From: Patescibacteria group bacterium | GTDB lineage: Bacteria > Patescibacteriota > Microgenomatia > Levybacterales > UBA12049 | Reading direction: 5' to 3' | Length of the DNA: 64,000 nucleotides | Assembly: GCA_038062115.1 (NCBI GenBank) | Contig: JBBTXS010000007.1 | Coordinates: forward strand, 5,448 to 69,447 | Part shown: piece after piece, positions 28,131-37,120 of the stretch | How positions within the stretch are numbered: the first letter of the stretch is position 1 | How the letters are laid out: every line of letters starts with the position of its first letter | Position numbers and translations under genes: made by a program | The notes under the pieces: model-generated | Told to the model about the DNA's origin: nothing | The model's input: only the letters and a program-made list of their open reading frames with translations | Database searches by the model: none

Positions 28131-29461
28131 GAAAAAACAGACGTCTTCCACGAGTGATTCTTTGCTTCATTGTTGCTTTATACCTTGCTGCAGTTTTAAT
28201 TAATCTGCCGACACTTGAGTTTTTGCATATAAAAAAAACGTTATCTTTTAGAAAAGGTTTGGATTTAGCCGGAGGAACTAGCCTTACCTATAAAGCTAAT
28301 ATGTCGGGAATAGATAAGGATAGAAAAGAAGAGGCATTAAACGCTGTCAGGACTATAATTGAGAAAAGAATTAATCTTTTTGGCGTATCAGAACCTTTAA
28401 TTCAAACTGCAGTTGGGAAAGACGATTACAGAATTATAGTTGAGTTGCCTGGAGTAAATATTACCCAAGCAAAAAGCATAATTGGTACAACTGCTCAGCT
28501 TTCTTTTTGGGAGAGAAGTGCAACAAGTTCTGCGATTTCAGTTACATCAAAATCTGATCTTGGGATGCTATTTGCTACGCAGTCTGCATATCCGATTAGT
28601 GTTGTGGAGGTGCTGGGAACAAACCCCAATAAGACCAATCTTGATGGTCGCGACCTTCGTGAAACAAGCGTAACATTTGATTCAAATACTGGCAAACCAC
28701 AAGTTCAATTAAATTTTACAACGGATGGAGCAGAGAAATTTGCAGATATTACGAAAAGAAATATTAATAAAATCGTTGCAATTGTGTTAGACGACATGGT
28801 TATAGAGGCTCCTCGAGTTAATCAGCCCATACTTGAAGGTAATGCTGTAATAACTGGAGGCTTTACTTATGATACAGCAAAGGTTTTAAGTACACAGCTT
28901 AATGCCGGCGCACTGCCGGTACCCCTTATTCCTTTGCAACAACATGCGGTTGATCCAACTCTTGGAAGCGTCTCTTTGCAAAAAAGTCTTTTTGCAGGGT
29001 TTTTGGGATTTGCAATAATAGTTATTTTTATGATGGTTTTGTATGGCAAATTAGGAATTGCTGCAAGCCTAGCGTTAACTTTATATACTTTACTAGTTTT
29101 GTCTATTTTTAAACTGAGCAATTTAACTCCATATGGTATAACCCTTACTCTTTCGGGAATTGCTGGATTTATTTTGTCCATTGGAATGGCAGTTGATGCA
29201 AACATTTTGATTTTTGAGAGAATGAAAGAAGAAATTCGACTTGGAAAAAGTAAAGAGTTAGCATTAGATCTTGGTTTCTTGCGAGCTTGGTCATCAATTA
29301 GAGACTCGAATGTTGCAACTCTTATAACATGCGCAGTGCTTTACAATTTTGGCAATGGAATGGTTAGAGGGTTTGCGCTTGTGTTGGCAATTGGTGTTTT
29401 GATTTCCATGTTTTCGGCGATTGTGGTAACTAGAACATTACTGAGATTTATTTATCGTTAA
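28127..29461 (+). CDS. secD: protein translocase subunit SecD
   Basis: LDLAGGTSLTY and a C-terminal 5-TM block with SIGMAVDANILIFERMKEE. Confidence 0.9.
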   Translation: MRKNRRLPRVILCFIVALYLAAVLINLPTLEFLHIKKTLSFRKGLDLAGGTSLTYKANMSGIDKDRKEEALNAVRTIIEKRINLFGVSEPLIQTAVGKDDYRIIVELPGVNITQAKSIIGTTAQLSFWERSATSSAISVTSKSDLGMLFATQSAYPISVVEVLGTNPNKTNLDGRDLRETSVTFDSNTGKPQVQLNFTTDGAEKFADITKRNINKIVAIVLDDMVIEAPRVNQPILEGNAVITGGFTYDTAKVLSTQLNAGALPVPLIPLQQHAVDPTLGSVSLQKSLFAGFLGFAIIVIFMMVLYGKLGIAASLALTLYTLLVLSIFKLSNLTPYGITLTLSGIAGFILSIGMAVDANILIFERMKEEIRLGKSKELALDLGFLRAWSSIRDSNVATLITCAVLYNFGNGMVRGFALVLAIGVLISMFSAIVVTRTLLRFIYR

Positions 29462-29532
29462 TGTCATGCCGAATTTATTTCGGCATCTAGTTCCTGAAAA
29501 GAGGAGATGCTGAAACAAGTTCAGCATGACAA
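29462..29532. repeat. TGTCAT...ATGACA hairpin repeat between secD and secF
   Basis: TGTCATGCCGAATTTATTTCGGCATCTAG...GGAGATGCTGAAACAAGTTCAGCATGACAA. Starts right at the secD stop. Confidence 0.75.
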
Positions 29533-29544
29533 CGAAGGACGATT

Positions 29545-30447
29545 ATGGATATTATTGGTAAAAAATATTTTTATTTTGCATTATCGCTTTTGGTTGTTGT
29601 GCCAGGATTAATTTCTCTTATTTTGTTTGGCCTTAATCTTTCGATAGACTTTGCTGGTGGATCAAGGATTACGCTTGCTTTTTCGAAAAAGATTGATGAA
29701 TCAACAAGAGAAAGAATAAAAAATATTCTAGCAACTCAGAAGGTGCATACTACAACAATAGTAACTTCTGATAGGTTGGCTTTTGTTCGCACAAGTCCAA
29801 TAGATCAAGACCAAAACAATAAATTTATAACCTTATTGGCCAGCGAGTTTAAAGGAGTCAAACAAACAGAATTCGAAACAATAGGGCCAACTATTGGAAA
29901 AGAAACAACAGCTAACGCAATTAAGGCAGTAATATTAGCATCAATATTAATTGTTTTGTACATTACATGGTCTTTTCGCAAAGTTCCAAAACCAGCAAGT
30001 AGTTGGCGATTTGGCATTTGCACAATTGTTGCTTTAATCCACGATGTGTTAGTAGTAGTTGGTATTTTTTCAATACTTGGACATTTTTTTAAAGTTGAAA
30101 TTGATAGCCTTTTTGTTACAGCGCTTCTTACTATTATTGGATTTTCTGTTCATGATACTATTGTTGTTTTTGATAGAATTCGTGAAAATCTAAAAAGAAT
30201 GGTAGGCGTTCCTTTTGCAACTATTGTGAATGACTCAATTCTCCAAACACTTGCACGTTCTCTTAATACCTCTATAACTACACTTCTTGTTTTATTTGCA
30301 CTCTATATTTTTGGTGGCGAGAGCACAAAGTGGTTTATTGTGGCGCTTCTTATTGGTATTACAAGCGGCACATACTCATCAATCTTTAACGCCGCACCCT
30401 TGTTGGTAGTGTGGAACGAATGGCGTGAGAAGAGAAACTCTTCTTAA
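29545..30447 (+). CDS. secF: protein translocase subunit SecF
   Basis: GLNLSIDFAGG, IGFSVHDTIVVFDRIREN. Confidence 0.9.
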   Translation: MDIIGKKYFYFALSLLVVVPGLISLILFGLNLSIDFAGGSRITLAFSKKIDESTRERIKNILATQKVHTTTIVTSDRLAFVRTSPIDQDQNNKFITLLASEFKGVKQTEFETIGPTIGKETTANAIKAVILASILIVLYITWSFRKVPKPASSWRFGICTIVALIHDVLVVVGIFSILGHFFKVEIDSLFVTALLTIIGFSVHDTIVVFDRIRENLKRMVGVPFATIVNDSILQTLARSLNTSITTLLVLFALYIFGGESTKWFIVALLIGITSGTYSSIFNAAPLLVVWNEWREKRNSS

Positions 30448-30450
30448 CGG

Positions 30451-30536
30451 TGTCATCCTAAACTTTTTTGCAGGATCTTGTTTCAGGATATTATCTGTCG
30501 AAAAAGGAGATGCTGAAATAAATTCAGCATGACAAA
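30451..30536. repeat. TGTCAT...ATGACA hairpin repeat after secF
   Basis: TGTCATCCTAAACTTTTTTGCAGGATC...GGAGATGCTGAAATAAATTCAGCATGACAAA. The right half is nearly identical to copy 29462..29532. Confidence 0.75.
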
Positions 30537-30542
30537 TCGTGT

Positions 30543-30995
30543 TTAGTTATGTAGCGTTTCACGCACAATTTTGCTTATTACGCTTCCATCTGCTTTGCCT
30601 TTGACTTTTGACATAAGTGTTCCCATAACTTTTCCAATATCTGCCATTGACTTGGCTCCAGTTTGCTTAATTGCCTCAATTACCAATTTCTTAATTTCTT
30701 CCACACCCATTTGCTCTGGTAAGTATTTTTGAAGCATTTCAAGCTCTTTTTTTTCTTTATCAACCAAATCTTGCCGATTTCCCTTTTGGAATTGTTCAAT
30801 AGAATCTTTTCTTTGCTTAACTTCTTTTTGAATTACAGTAAGAACATTCTCGTCCGTTGCTTCATATCCCGCGCCGCCTTTTTGGATTTCATAATAGTTG
30901 ATCGCCGAAAGAAGTAGTCTCAGAACAGAGGTTTTTAATTCATCTCTTGCCAGCATTGACTGTTTTAGTTCTTCTTGAAGTTGTTGTTTTAACAT
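30543..30995 (-). CDS. GatB/YqeY domain protein
   Basis: LKQSMLARDELKTSVLRLLLSAINYYEI...VIQKEVKQRKDSIEQF pattern. Confidence 0.8.
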   Translation of the reverse strand: MLKQQLQEELKQSMLARDELKTSVLRLLLSAINYYEIQKGGAGYEATDENVLTVIQKEVKQRKDSIEQFQKGNRQDLVDKEKKELEMLQKYLPEQMGVEEIKKLVIEAIKQTGAKSMADIGKVMGTLMSKVKGKADGSVISKIVRETLHN

Positions 30996-30996
30996 G

Positions 30997-31254
30997 CTAA
31001 TTTTTGTATACGCCTTGTCTTGATCGTATGCGAGAGACGATAATAATTTTATCTTTTGGATAATACTTGTAGACTATTCTGTAATCTCCTATTCGTATCT
31101 TGCGATATGTCTTAAACTCTCCGCTTAATGGTATTCCTATAAGTGGTTCTTGTTTTAATTTTTCAAGACTTTCGAAGAATCGAGTTTTTATAATTGCTGG
31201 AATCTTCTTTAAATCTTTTTCAGCTCTATTATCCAGTAAAACTCGTATTTGCAT
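30997..31254 (-). CDS. RelE/ParE family toxin
   Basis: 85 aa with YRIVYKYYPKDKIIIVSRIRSRQ. Downstream of the Phd gene. Confidence 0.75.
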   Translation of the reverse strand: MQIRVLLDNRAEKDLKKIPAIIKTRFFESLEKLKQEPLIGIPLSGEFKTYRKIRIGDYRIVYKYYPKDKIIIVSRIRSRQGVYKN

Positions 31255-31258
31255 GCAT

Positions 31259-31543
31259 TTATTGCGCTTTTAGTCTTTTCTTTAGCTCCTCAAGAGTTAT
31301 AAATTTTTTGCTTTTTTTTATTTGTTGTATGCTCATCTTATTTATTTCTCTTGCTCTTTCCAAACTTTCTGGATCTTGGTATTCTTCAATTGTTTCCATC
31401 CAACTTTCAAATTCTTCAGCGGACATAAGAACCGCTTTCGCTTTCCCGCCTTTGGTAATAAAAAGCCTTTCAAATCGAGCATCAATCTCGTCAATTAGTT
31501 TCGGGAGATTTTGTCTAACTTGTGAAACGCCCAAAGTCATCAT
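31259..31543 (-). CDS. Phd/YefM family antitoxin
   Basis: VSQVRQNLPKLIDEI...FITKGGKAKAVLMSAEEFESWMET. Confidence 0.75.
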   Translation of the reverse strand: MMTLGVSQVRQNLPKLIDEIDARFERLFITKGGKAKAVLMSAEEFESWMETIEEYQDPESLERAREINKMSIQQIKKSKKFITLEELKKRLKAQ

Positions 31544-31609
31544 ATAAAAGTATGGTACAAAAAATTGTACAATCTGTCAAGCATTGATTTACAGCAAAAA
31601 TATATTTAT

Positions 31610-32395
31610 TTAGTACACCTTAACAAGCCCAATCTTAAGCACCTTATTGAAACTCTTTTTTAAGAAAATCAAAGACAAAACTATATAAATAGCGTTTAAT
31701 AAAAAGCTTAGGTATAGCTTATTTGGATCAAGGATTCCTCTTTCAATAACTTCTCTTGCTCCTTCAAACACATAGCTTGTGGGGATAAGTAATGCAATTG
31801 TTTGTGCCCATTCAGGTAGAGAAGAAACTGGGTAGTAAATTGCAGAAAATGGTGCAATAATCCATGGTGCAGTCCAGGCCAATGTTTGTATTTTAGTTCC
31901 AAATCTAAGGATAAGACCCGCAATAAAAAATCCCATCCACCAACCAGTCATAATTAAAAGAAGAGATAATGGAATCAAATATAAACCATATGCAAACACC
32001 TCAATTTTATAGAGGATAAAAGCAACAAGTAATCCAAAAGAAAAACTCATTACAGCTTTAATTACTCCTAATGTAACTAGAGAAACAACCCATTCGGAAA
32101 ATTTTAGCGGGGAAACAAAAATATTAACTAGGTTTCTATTCCATAAATCTTCTAAGATGCCAACGGTAATTTCGTATTGACCTCGCCACACAATAATCCA
32201 CAAAAGGATTCCTCCGAGAATAACTAAAACAATTTGAGAGGTTTGTGGAAGATATGACCTAAAATAGGAACTCGTGATTCCCCATAGCAGAAGATCTAAA
32301 GTTGGCCAATAAAAAGCATCGCTTAGTCTATCCAAGCTATGTCTAAACAAATACATAAATCTTAAAATAATTGCATAGATACGATGCAGTTTCAT
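31610..32395 (-). CDS. ABC-2 type transporter permease
   Basis: 261 aa with six TMs. Translationally coupled to the ATPase gene (4-nt overlap). Confidence 0.75.
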   Translation of the reverse strand: MKLHRIYAIILRFMYLFRHSLDRLSDAFYWPTLDLLLWGITSSYFRSYLPQTSQIVLVILGGILLWIIVWRGQYEITVGILEDLWNRNLVNIFVSPLKFSEWVVSLVTLGVIKAVMSFSFGLLVAFILYKIEVFAYGLYLIPLSLLLIMTGWWMGFFIAGLILRFGTKIQTLAWTAPWIIAPFSAIYYPVSSLPEWAQTIALLIPTSYVFEGAREVIERGILDPNKLYLSFLLNAIYIVLSLIFLKKSFNKVLKIGLVKVY

Positions 32396-33312
32396 AATCT
32401 TGTTTTATCAGCTATATATAAAAAATAATCTTCAAGAGTTGGCTTCTCAATACTTATTTCATCGTAATAAATTTTTTTACTCGTTAAATCTCGTAAAAAT
32501 TCAGGGATATTTTTTTCTTTTACATCAACAATTAAGTATCGGCCTTGAATTTTAAATGAGAAATTTTTTTCTTTGCAAAGCTCAATTATGTTTTTGAATC
32601 CATCGCTGATTAAGAGTTCTATATGGGACGTCTTAATCGATTTAGCAAGATTTTTTGGTATGTCATCTGCAATAATTTCTCCCTTGTTGATAAATATGAC
32701 TCTATCGCATACTTCCTCAACCTCGGCCATATTGTGAGAAGTAAGGATAATAGAGACTTTAAATTCTTTCTGTTGGTTTAACAAGAAATCACGGATATAG
32801 CGTGCTATATCTGGGTCTAGTGATGCAGTTGGTTCATCTAAAAGCAAAATTTTTGGAAAGTTAAGGAACGCTTTTGCTAAGTTGACTCTAGTAAGCTGTC
32901 CTGATGAAAGCTCATGAATTTGTTTGTTTATAAGCTCGCTAAGTCTAAATATTTCTTCAATCTTTCGTAACCTTGATCTTCGATCATTAATTATATATAG
33001 GTAAGACATGTAAGTTAAAACTTCTCTAACGGTTAAGTTCCATGGGAAATTAGTATAGCTAGAAGAAAAGTTTACCTGCTCAAGAATCTCTTCGCGATTT
33101 TCAGTTAGTTTTTTATCAAAATATTTTATATCGCCCGATGTCGGCGTTAGGACTCCGAGCAGCATTTGAATTGTCGTAGTTTTTCCGGCACCGTTTGGGC
33201 CTAAAAGACCAAGAATCTCTCCTTCTTTTAGAGAAAAAGAAATGTTATCAACTGCTGTGAATTCGCCGAATTTTTTGGTGAGATTTTTTACTTCTAAAAT
33301 TTGATTACTCAT
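32392..33312 (-). CDS. ABC transporter ATP-binding protein
   Basis: GPNGAGKTT, LSSGQLTR, LLLDEPTASLD. The real start is MSNQILEV at 33312. The ORF track extension to 33345 reads into a half hairpin repeat. Confidence 0.85.
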   Translation of the reverse strand: MSNQILEVKNLTKKFGEFTAVDNISFSLKEGEILGLLGPNGAGKTTTIQMLLGVLTPTSGDIKYFDKKLTENREEILEQVNFSSSYTNFPWNLTVREVLTYMSYLYIINDRRSRLRKIEEIFRLSELINKQIHELSSGQLTRVNLAKAFLNFPKILLLDEPTASLDPDIARYIRDFLLNQQKEFKVSIILTSHNMAEVEEVCDRVIFINKGEIIADDIPKNLAKSIKTSHIELLISDGFKNIIELCKEKNFSFKIQGRYLIVDVKEKNIPEFLRDLTSKKIYYDEISIEKPTLEDYFLYIADKTRL

Positions 33313-33313
33313 T

Positions 33314-33347
33314 TTGTCGTTGCGAGGAACGAAGTGACGAAGCAATC
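33314..33347. repeat. half copy of the hairpin repeat
   Basis: TTGTCGTTGCGAGGAACGAAGTGACGAAGCAATC, similar to the left half of copy 34798..34879. Confidence 0.55.
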
Positions 33348-33350
33348 TTT

Positions 33351-33768
33351 TTACTTGATTAGATTTATGTGCAAATCATTAAATGACGAATTATCTTTTC
33401 TAATAAGCTCAAGCTTCTTTATTCGTGAACCCGCTTTAATTTGTTTTTCTCTTCGTATAGCTTCATATATTGTATCAAATATTTCAAGATATACTAGCTT
33501 AGTTACATTATGACTGGGTCATAATTGTCATTTCGAGCTTGCCGAGAAATCTCCTTCAAAGAGATTCCTCGACTCGCTACACTCGCTCGGAATGACAAAT
33601 GAGTATTTATGTCCCAGTCACAGTTACATTATAGCGTGAAGTAAAACTAGATACCATTTTGTCTTTATGTTCGTACATGCGTCTTATTAGATTATTAGTG
33701 ACGCCTGTATATAAGACAGTATTTGTAAAATTCGTAGCAATATACACAAAATATTTTCTTGTATACAT
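33351..33768 (-). pseudogene. GIY-YIG nuclease (UPF0213-like) gene split by a 111-bp MITE
   Basis: The N-part MYTRKYFVYIATNFTNTVLYTGVTNNLIRRMYEHK...SRYNVT ends in the insert. The C-part KLVYLEIFDTIYEAIRREKQIKAGSRIKKLELI...HINLIK* (own translation, stop 33351-33353) resumes in a frame shifted by 1. Removing 121 bp restores one 98-aa ORF. Confidence 0.75.
33511..33621. mobile_element. MITE copy with TIRs and 10-bp target-site duplication
   Basis: TSD AGTTACATTA at 33501-33510 and 33622-33631. TIR TGACTGGGTCATAA (33511-33524) versus TTATGTCCCAGTCA (33607-33620), 13/14 complementary. The core is TTGTCATTTCGAGC...GGAATGACAAA. Confidence 0.8.
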
Positions 33769-33785
33769 TTTTATTGTTTCTTTAA

Positions 33786-33817
33786 GATTGCTTCGCTTCG
33801 GAGCTCGCAATGACAAA
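33786..33817. repeat. half copy of the hairpin repeat
   Basis: GATTGCTTCGCTTCGGAGCTCGCAATGACAAA. This is the right-half type. Confidence 0.55.
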
Positions 33818-33821
33818 TGGA

Positions 33822-35270
33822 TTAAGATATAATTTCTTTTATTCTCTCAAGCAAATACTCCTTATTATTTTTGGATAAATCTTCATCAACCTCTTCAAAA
33901 AGTTTTTGTAAAATTTCGCCAACTTTTGGTCCAGGTTTGATATTTAGCTCTTTCATAATATCGTTTCCATCAACTGAAAGGTCGTTGATAGAAAAAGGCG
34001 CTGGCTTTAATTGCTCTTCTATTCTTTTTTTGAAAAGTTTTAGTCTCCAACTTTCGGCAGTTTGAGTTCCTCCTCCTAGCCTATCGCCAATTCTTAAATC
34101 CATCATGTCTTTTACGCTCGTAATCCCTACTCTTCGAATAAATCTTCTAACTGCCGCATCTGTTATTTTTTCATCCACAGTAAACATATGCCAGCGTATA
34201 AGATTAACTATTTTATCGCGGTCTTTTCTTGAGAATCTTAGTCTATTGCATATTTCACCCACCATGTGCGCTCCTACAATTTCGTGGTTATGAAATATCA
34301 CAAGGCCCTTTTCATCCTTTTTTTCAACCTTTGGTTTCCCAACATCATGAAGAAGAGTCGCGAATCTAACGATTGGATCAACTGATGGGCAGAATTTTAA
34401 AGAAAGGATGTTATGCATGAAGACGTCAGATGTATGGTGTCTGCCGGGACGAACTTGCGAAACCCCAATTCCTTCCAAAAGTTCTGGCAGAATGTATTGT
34501 AAAAGAGAAGAGTTTTTTAGAAGCATTATTCCGTCGTATGGATGCTTGCTTGCTAAGATTCTTAATAGCTCAATTCTTACTCTTTCTCCGGAAATTTCTC
34601 TGATAAGCTGAGCATCGGAAATAATTTCTTCCCAAGTTTTGTTCTCGATAGTAAAACCGTGTTCGGTTGCAATTCTTATTGCCCGAATAAGCCTTAATGC
34701 GTCTTCTTTGAATCTTTGTTTTGGATCTCCAACGGAGCGAATAATTTTGTCTTTAATATCTTGCTGACCGCCAAAAGGATCAACAATAATACTTTTATTG
34801 TCATTGCGAGGAACCCGCTGAGCGGGTGACGAAGCAATCCCATCCTTCGGAGATTGCTTTGCTTTGCTCGCAATGACAGAGGCTGTATATTCAATTTTTA
34901 GTGCTATGGCGTTGACAGTAAAGTCGCGGCGAGATAGATCTTCTTCGATAGATTTTCCCCACTTAACGATCTTAGGATGTCTTCTATCAAAGTATTCGTG
35001 CTCGGTTCTAAACGTTGTAACTTCGACAGTATGCTTTTTTCCAAATAGCTCTACTGGAATGCCAACAGTTCCAAATTTGTTGTCATAAAACCCATTAGGA
35101 AAAAGATTTAGTATTTGTTCCGGAGTTGCATTTGTTGTAAAGTCCCAATCTTTAATCTCCTTTTCCATCAAAAGATTTCGGACACAACCACCAACAAAAT
35201 AAACTTCAAAACCAGCATCTTGGAATTTGTTATAAATTTCTAAAATTTCCTTTGGAATATGTTCAGTCAT
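33822..35270 (-). CDS. cca: CCA-adding enzyme / tRNA nucleotidyltransferase with HD domain
   Basis: GGCVRNLL, DWDFTT, RRDFTVNA, LLHDVGKP motifs. Contains one in-frame repeat insertion. Confidence 0.85.
   Translation of the reverse strand: MTEHIPKEILEIYNKFQDAGFEVYFVGGCVRNLLMEKEIKDWDFTTNATPEQILNLFPNGFYDNKFGTVGIPVELFGKKHTVEVTTFRTEHEYFDRRHPKIVKWGKSIEEDLSRRDFTVNAIALKIEYTASVIASKAKQSPKDGIASSPAQRVPRNDNKSIIVDPFGGQQDIKDKIIRSVGDPKQRFKEDALRLIRAIRIATEHGFTIENKTWEEIISDAQLIREISGERVRIELLRILASKHPYDGIMLLKNSSLLQYILPELLEGIGVSQVRPGRHHTSDVFMHNILSLKFCPSVDPIVRFATLLHDVGKPKVEKKDEKGLVIFHNHEIVGAHMVGEICNRLRFSRKDRDKIVNLIRWHMFTVDEKITDAAVRRFIRRVGITSVKDMMDLRIGDRLGGGTQTAESWRLKLFKKRIEEQLKPAPFSINDLSVDGNDIMKELNIKPGPKVGEILQKLFEEVDEDLSKNNKEYLLERIKEIIS
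34798..34879. repeat. hairpin repeat inserted in frame inside cca
   Basis: TTGTCATTGCGAGGAACCCGCTGAGCGGGTGACGAAGCAATCCCATCCTTCGGAGATTGCTTTGCTTTGCTCGCAATGACAG. Read as ...SVIASKAKQSPKDGIASSPAQRVPRND... on the minus strand. Confidence 0.75.
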
Positions 35271-35350
35271 ATCTGTTATAGTATAACAGAAGGGGTTAAG
35301 TTCTGAAATGATTTAACTTTAAACGACGGCCGTCGAAAGAAATTAAATGT

Positions 35351-37120
35351 ATGAAGGGGTGGAAAATCATTAGTGAATCGGGAATAAAGAATCAGGAATC
35401 AGGCATTAAGGACTTGATAGAAATTTTATTAAGCAATAGAGGGCTAAAGACAAAAAAGGAAATAGAAGAGTTTTTAAATCCTAAATTGGAAAATGTAACA
35501 ATTAAGAATGTTGGGATCGATAAAAGACAACTTCGGAAAACAATTGGGAGAATTCAAAAATCCATAAAAAATAAAGAGAAAATTGTTGTTTTTGGCGACT
35601 ATGATGTGGATGGGATTTGCGGATCAGCAATTCTTTGGGAAACTCTTAATGGTTTGGGAGCAAGTGTTATGCCGTATATACCGCATAGGATGGATGAAGG
35701 ATACGGGCTTTCTATGAAAGCAATTCAAAATTCAGAATTCAGAATTCAGAATATCAAATTGATTATAACAGTAGATAATGGAATTGTTGCAAATGAGGCG
35801 GTTAAATATGCTAAAGATCAAGGTATTGATGTTATTATTACCGATCACCATGTTCCATCTAAGAAACTTCCCGATGCTTTTGCTATAGTTCACACGACAA
35901 AACTTTGTGGAGCAGGAGTTGCTTGGGTTCTCTCTTCTGTCATTCTGAATTCATTTCAGAATCTCAATATTTTGGAGAACAAGACCCTGAAACAAGTTCA
36001 GGGTAACAATAATAAAAATAATCTTTTAGAATTGGTAGCACTTGCTACGATTGCAGATCTTGTTTCTCTTTTGGGAGCAAATAGAATACTTGTTAAGTTT
36101 GGACTTGAAGCCCTCCGAAGAACAAAAAGGGTTGGTCTTTTGGAGCTATTAAAAGAAGCAGTATTGGAAAAAGATAAAATTGGAGTTTATGAAATAGGAC
36201 ATATAATTGCGCCAAGATTAAATGCAATGGGGCGATTAGAGTATGCAATGGATAGTTTAAGGTTATTATGTACAAAAAACAGAGACAGAGCAAGAATGTT
36301 GGCTCAAACTTTAGGAAGTACAAATAGGGAGCGACAGGCACGGACATTAACTACTGTTAAGCATGCAAAATCAGCAATTCAGAATTCAGAATTCAGAATT
36401 CAGAATTTATTGTTTGTTGCACACGAGAGTTATCAACAAGGGGTTATTGGGCTAGTTGCTGGGAAATTGGTAGAAGAATATTATCGACCTACAATTGTAG
36501 TTTCAAAAGGAGAGATTTACAGCAAGGCATCAGCTAGATCAATTAACGGTTTTAATATTATTGAATTTATACGAAGTGCATCTGAATATTTAGTGGATGC
36601 TGGGGGCCATCCAATGGCTGCTGGTTTTACAGTTGAAACTTCTAAACTTGCTTTAGTTCAGAAAACTCTCGAGAATAAAGCAGAGTCTTTACTTGACGAG
36701 GAAAAATTGACAAGAACTCTTAGGATTGACTGTGAGCTAGATTTATCATTAGTAAACAATAAGTTATATGACGCAATTCAAAAACTTGCACCTTTTGGAA
36801 TGGGGAATCCTGAACCAACGTTTGTTGGTAGAGGCGTTGAGATTCAAGATATAAGAACTGTTGGAAGAGAAGCAAAGCATTTAAAGCTGCAATTAGTGTG
36901 TCATCCTGAGGCTTTAGCCAAAGGATCTCATGAGATTCTTCGCTTCGCTCAGAATGACAAGGGAATGATTGATGGGATTGCGTTTGGGATGGGAGAGAAG
37001 TATTCTCAATTTCATGTTGGGGATGCGGTTGATATAGCTTATACGGTTGATGAAAATAAGTGGAATGGAAATAAAAAGTTGCAGTTAAAGATAAAGGATT
37101 TAAAGCTATCGAGGTCTTGA
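35351..37120 (+). CDS. recJ: single-stranded-DNA-specific exonuclease RecJ
   Basis: FGDYDVDGICG, IITVDNG, ITDHH, GGHPMAAG motifs. Four repeat-derived in-frame insertions. Confidence 0.85.
   Translation: MKGWKIISESGIKNQESGIKDLIEILLSNRGLKTKKEIEEFLNPKLENVTIKNVGIDKRQLRKTIGRIQKSIKNKEKIVVFGDYDVDGICGSAILWETLNGLGASVMPYIPHRMDEGYGLSMKAIQNSEFRIQNIKLIITVDNGIVANEAVKYAKDQGIDVIITDHHVPSKKLPDAFAIVHTTKLCGAGVAWVLSSVILNSFQNLNILENKTLKQVQGNNNKNNLLELVALATIADLVSLLGANRILVKFGLEALRRTKRVGLLELLKEAVLEKDKIGVYEIGHIIAPRLNAMGRLEYAMDSLRLLCTKNRDRARMLAQTLGSTNRERQARTLTTVKHAKSAIQNSEFRIQNLLFVAHESYQQGVIGLVAGKLVEEYYRPTIVVSKGEIYSKASARSINGFNIIEFIRSASEYLVDAGGHPMAAGFTVETSKLALVQKTLENKAESLLDEEKLTRTLRIDCELDLSLVNNKLYDAIQKLAPFGMGNPEPTFVGRGVEIQDIRTVGREAKHLKLQLVCHPEALAKGSHEILRFAQNDKGMIDGIAFGMGEKYSQFHVGDAVDIAYTVDENKWNGNKKLQLKIKDLKLSRS
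35722..35752. repeat. tandem AATTCAG heptamer array (about 4.4 units) inside recJ
   Basis: aattcaaaattcagaattcagaattcagaat, encoding AIQNSEFRIQN. Confidence 0.8.
35938..36009. repeat. hairpin repeat inserted in frame inside recJ (72 nt)
   Basis: TGTCATTCTGAATTCATTTCAGAATC...CCCTGAAACAAGTTCAGGGTAACAA, encoding VILNSFQNLNILENKTLKQVQGNN. Confidence 0.7.
36376..36407. repeat. second tandem AATTCAG heptamer array (about 4.5 units) inside recJ
   Basis: aattcagaattcagaattcagaattcagaatt, again encoding AIQNSEFRIQN. Confidence 0.8.
36899..36960. repeat. hairpin repeat inserted in frame inside recJ
   Basis: TGTCATCCTGAGGCTTTAGCCAAAGGATCTCATGAGATTCTTCGCTTCGCTCAGAATGACAA, encoding CHPEALAKGSHEILRFAQNDK. 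Confidence 0.7.
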
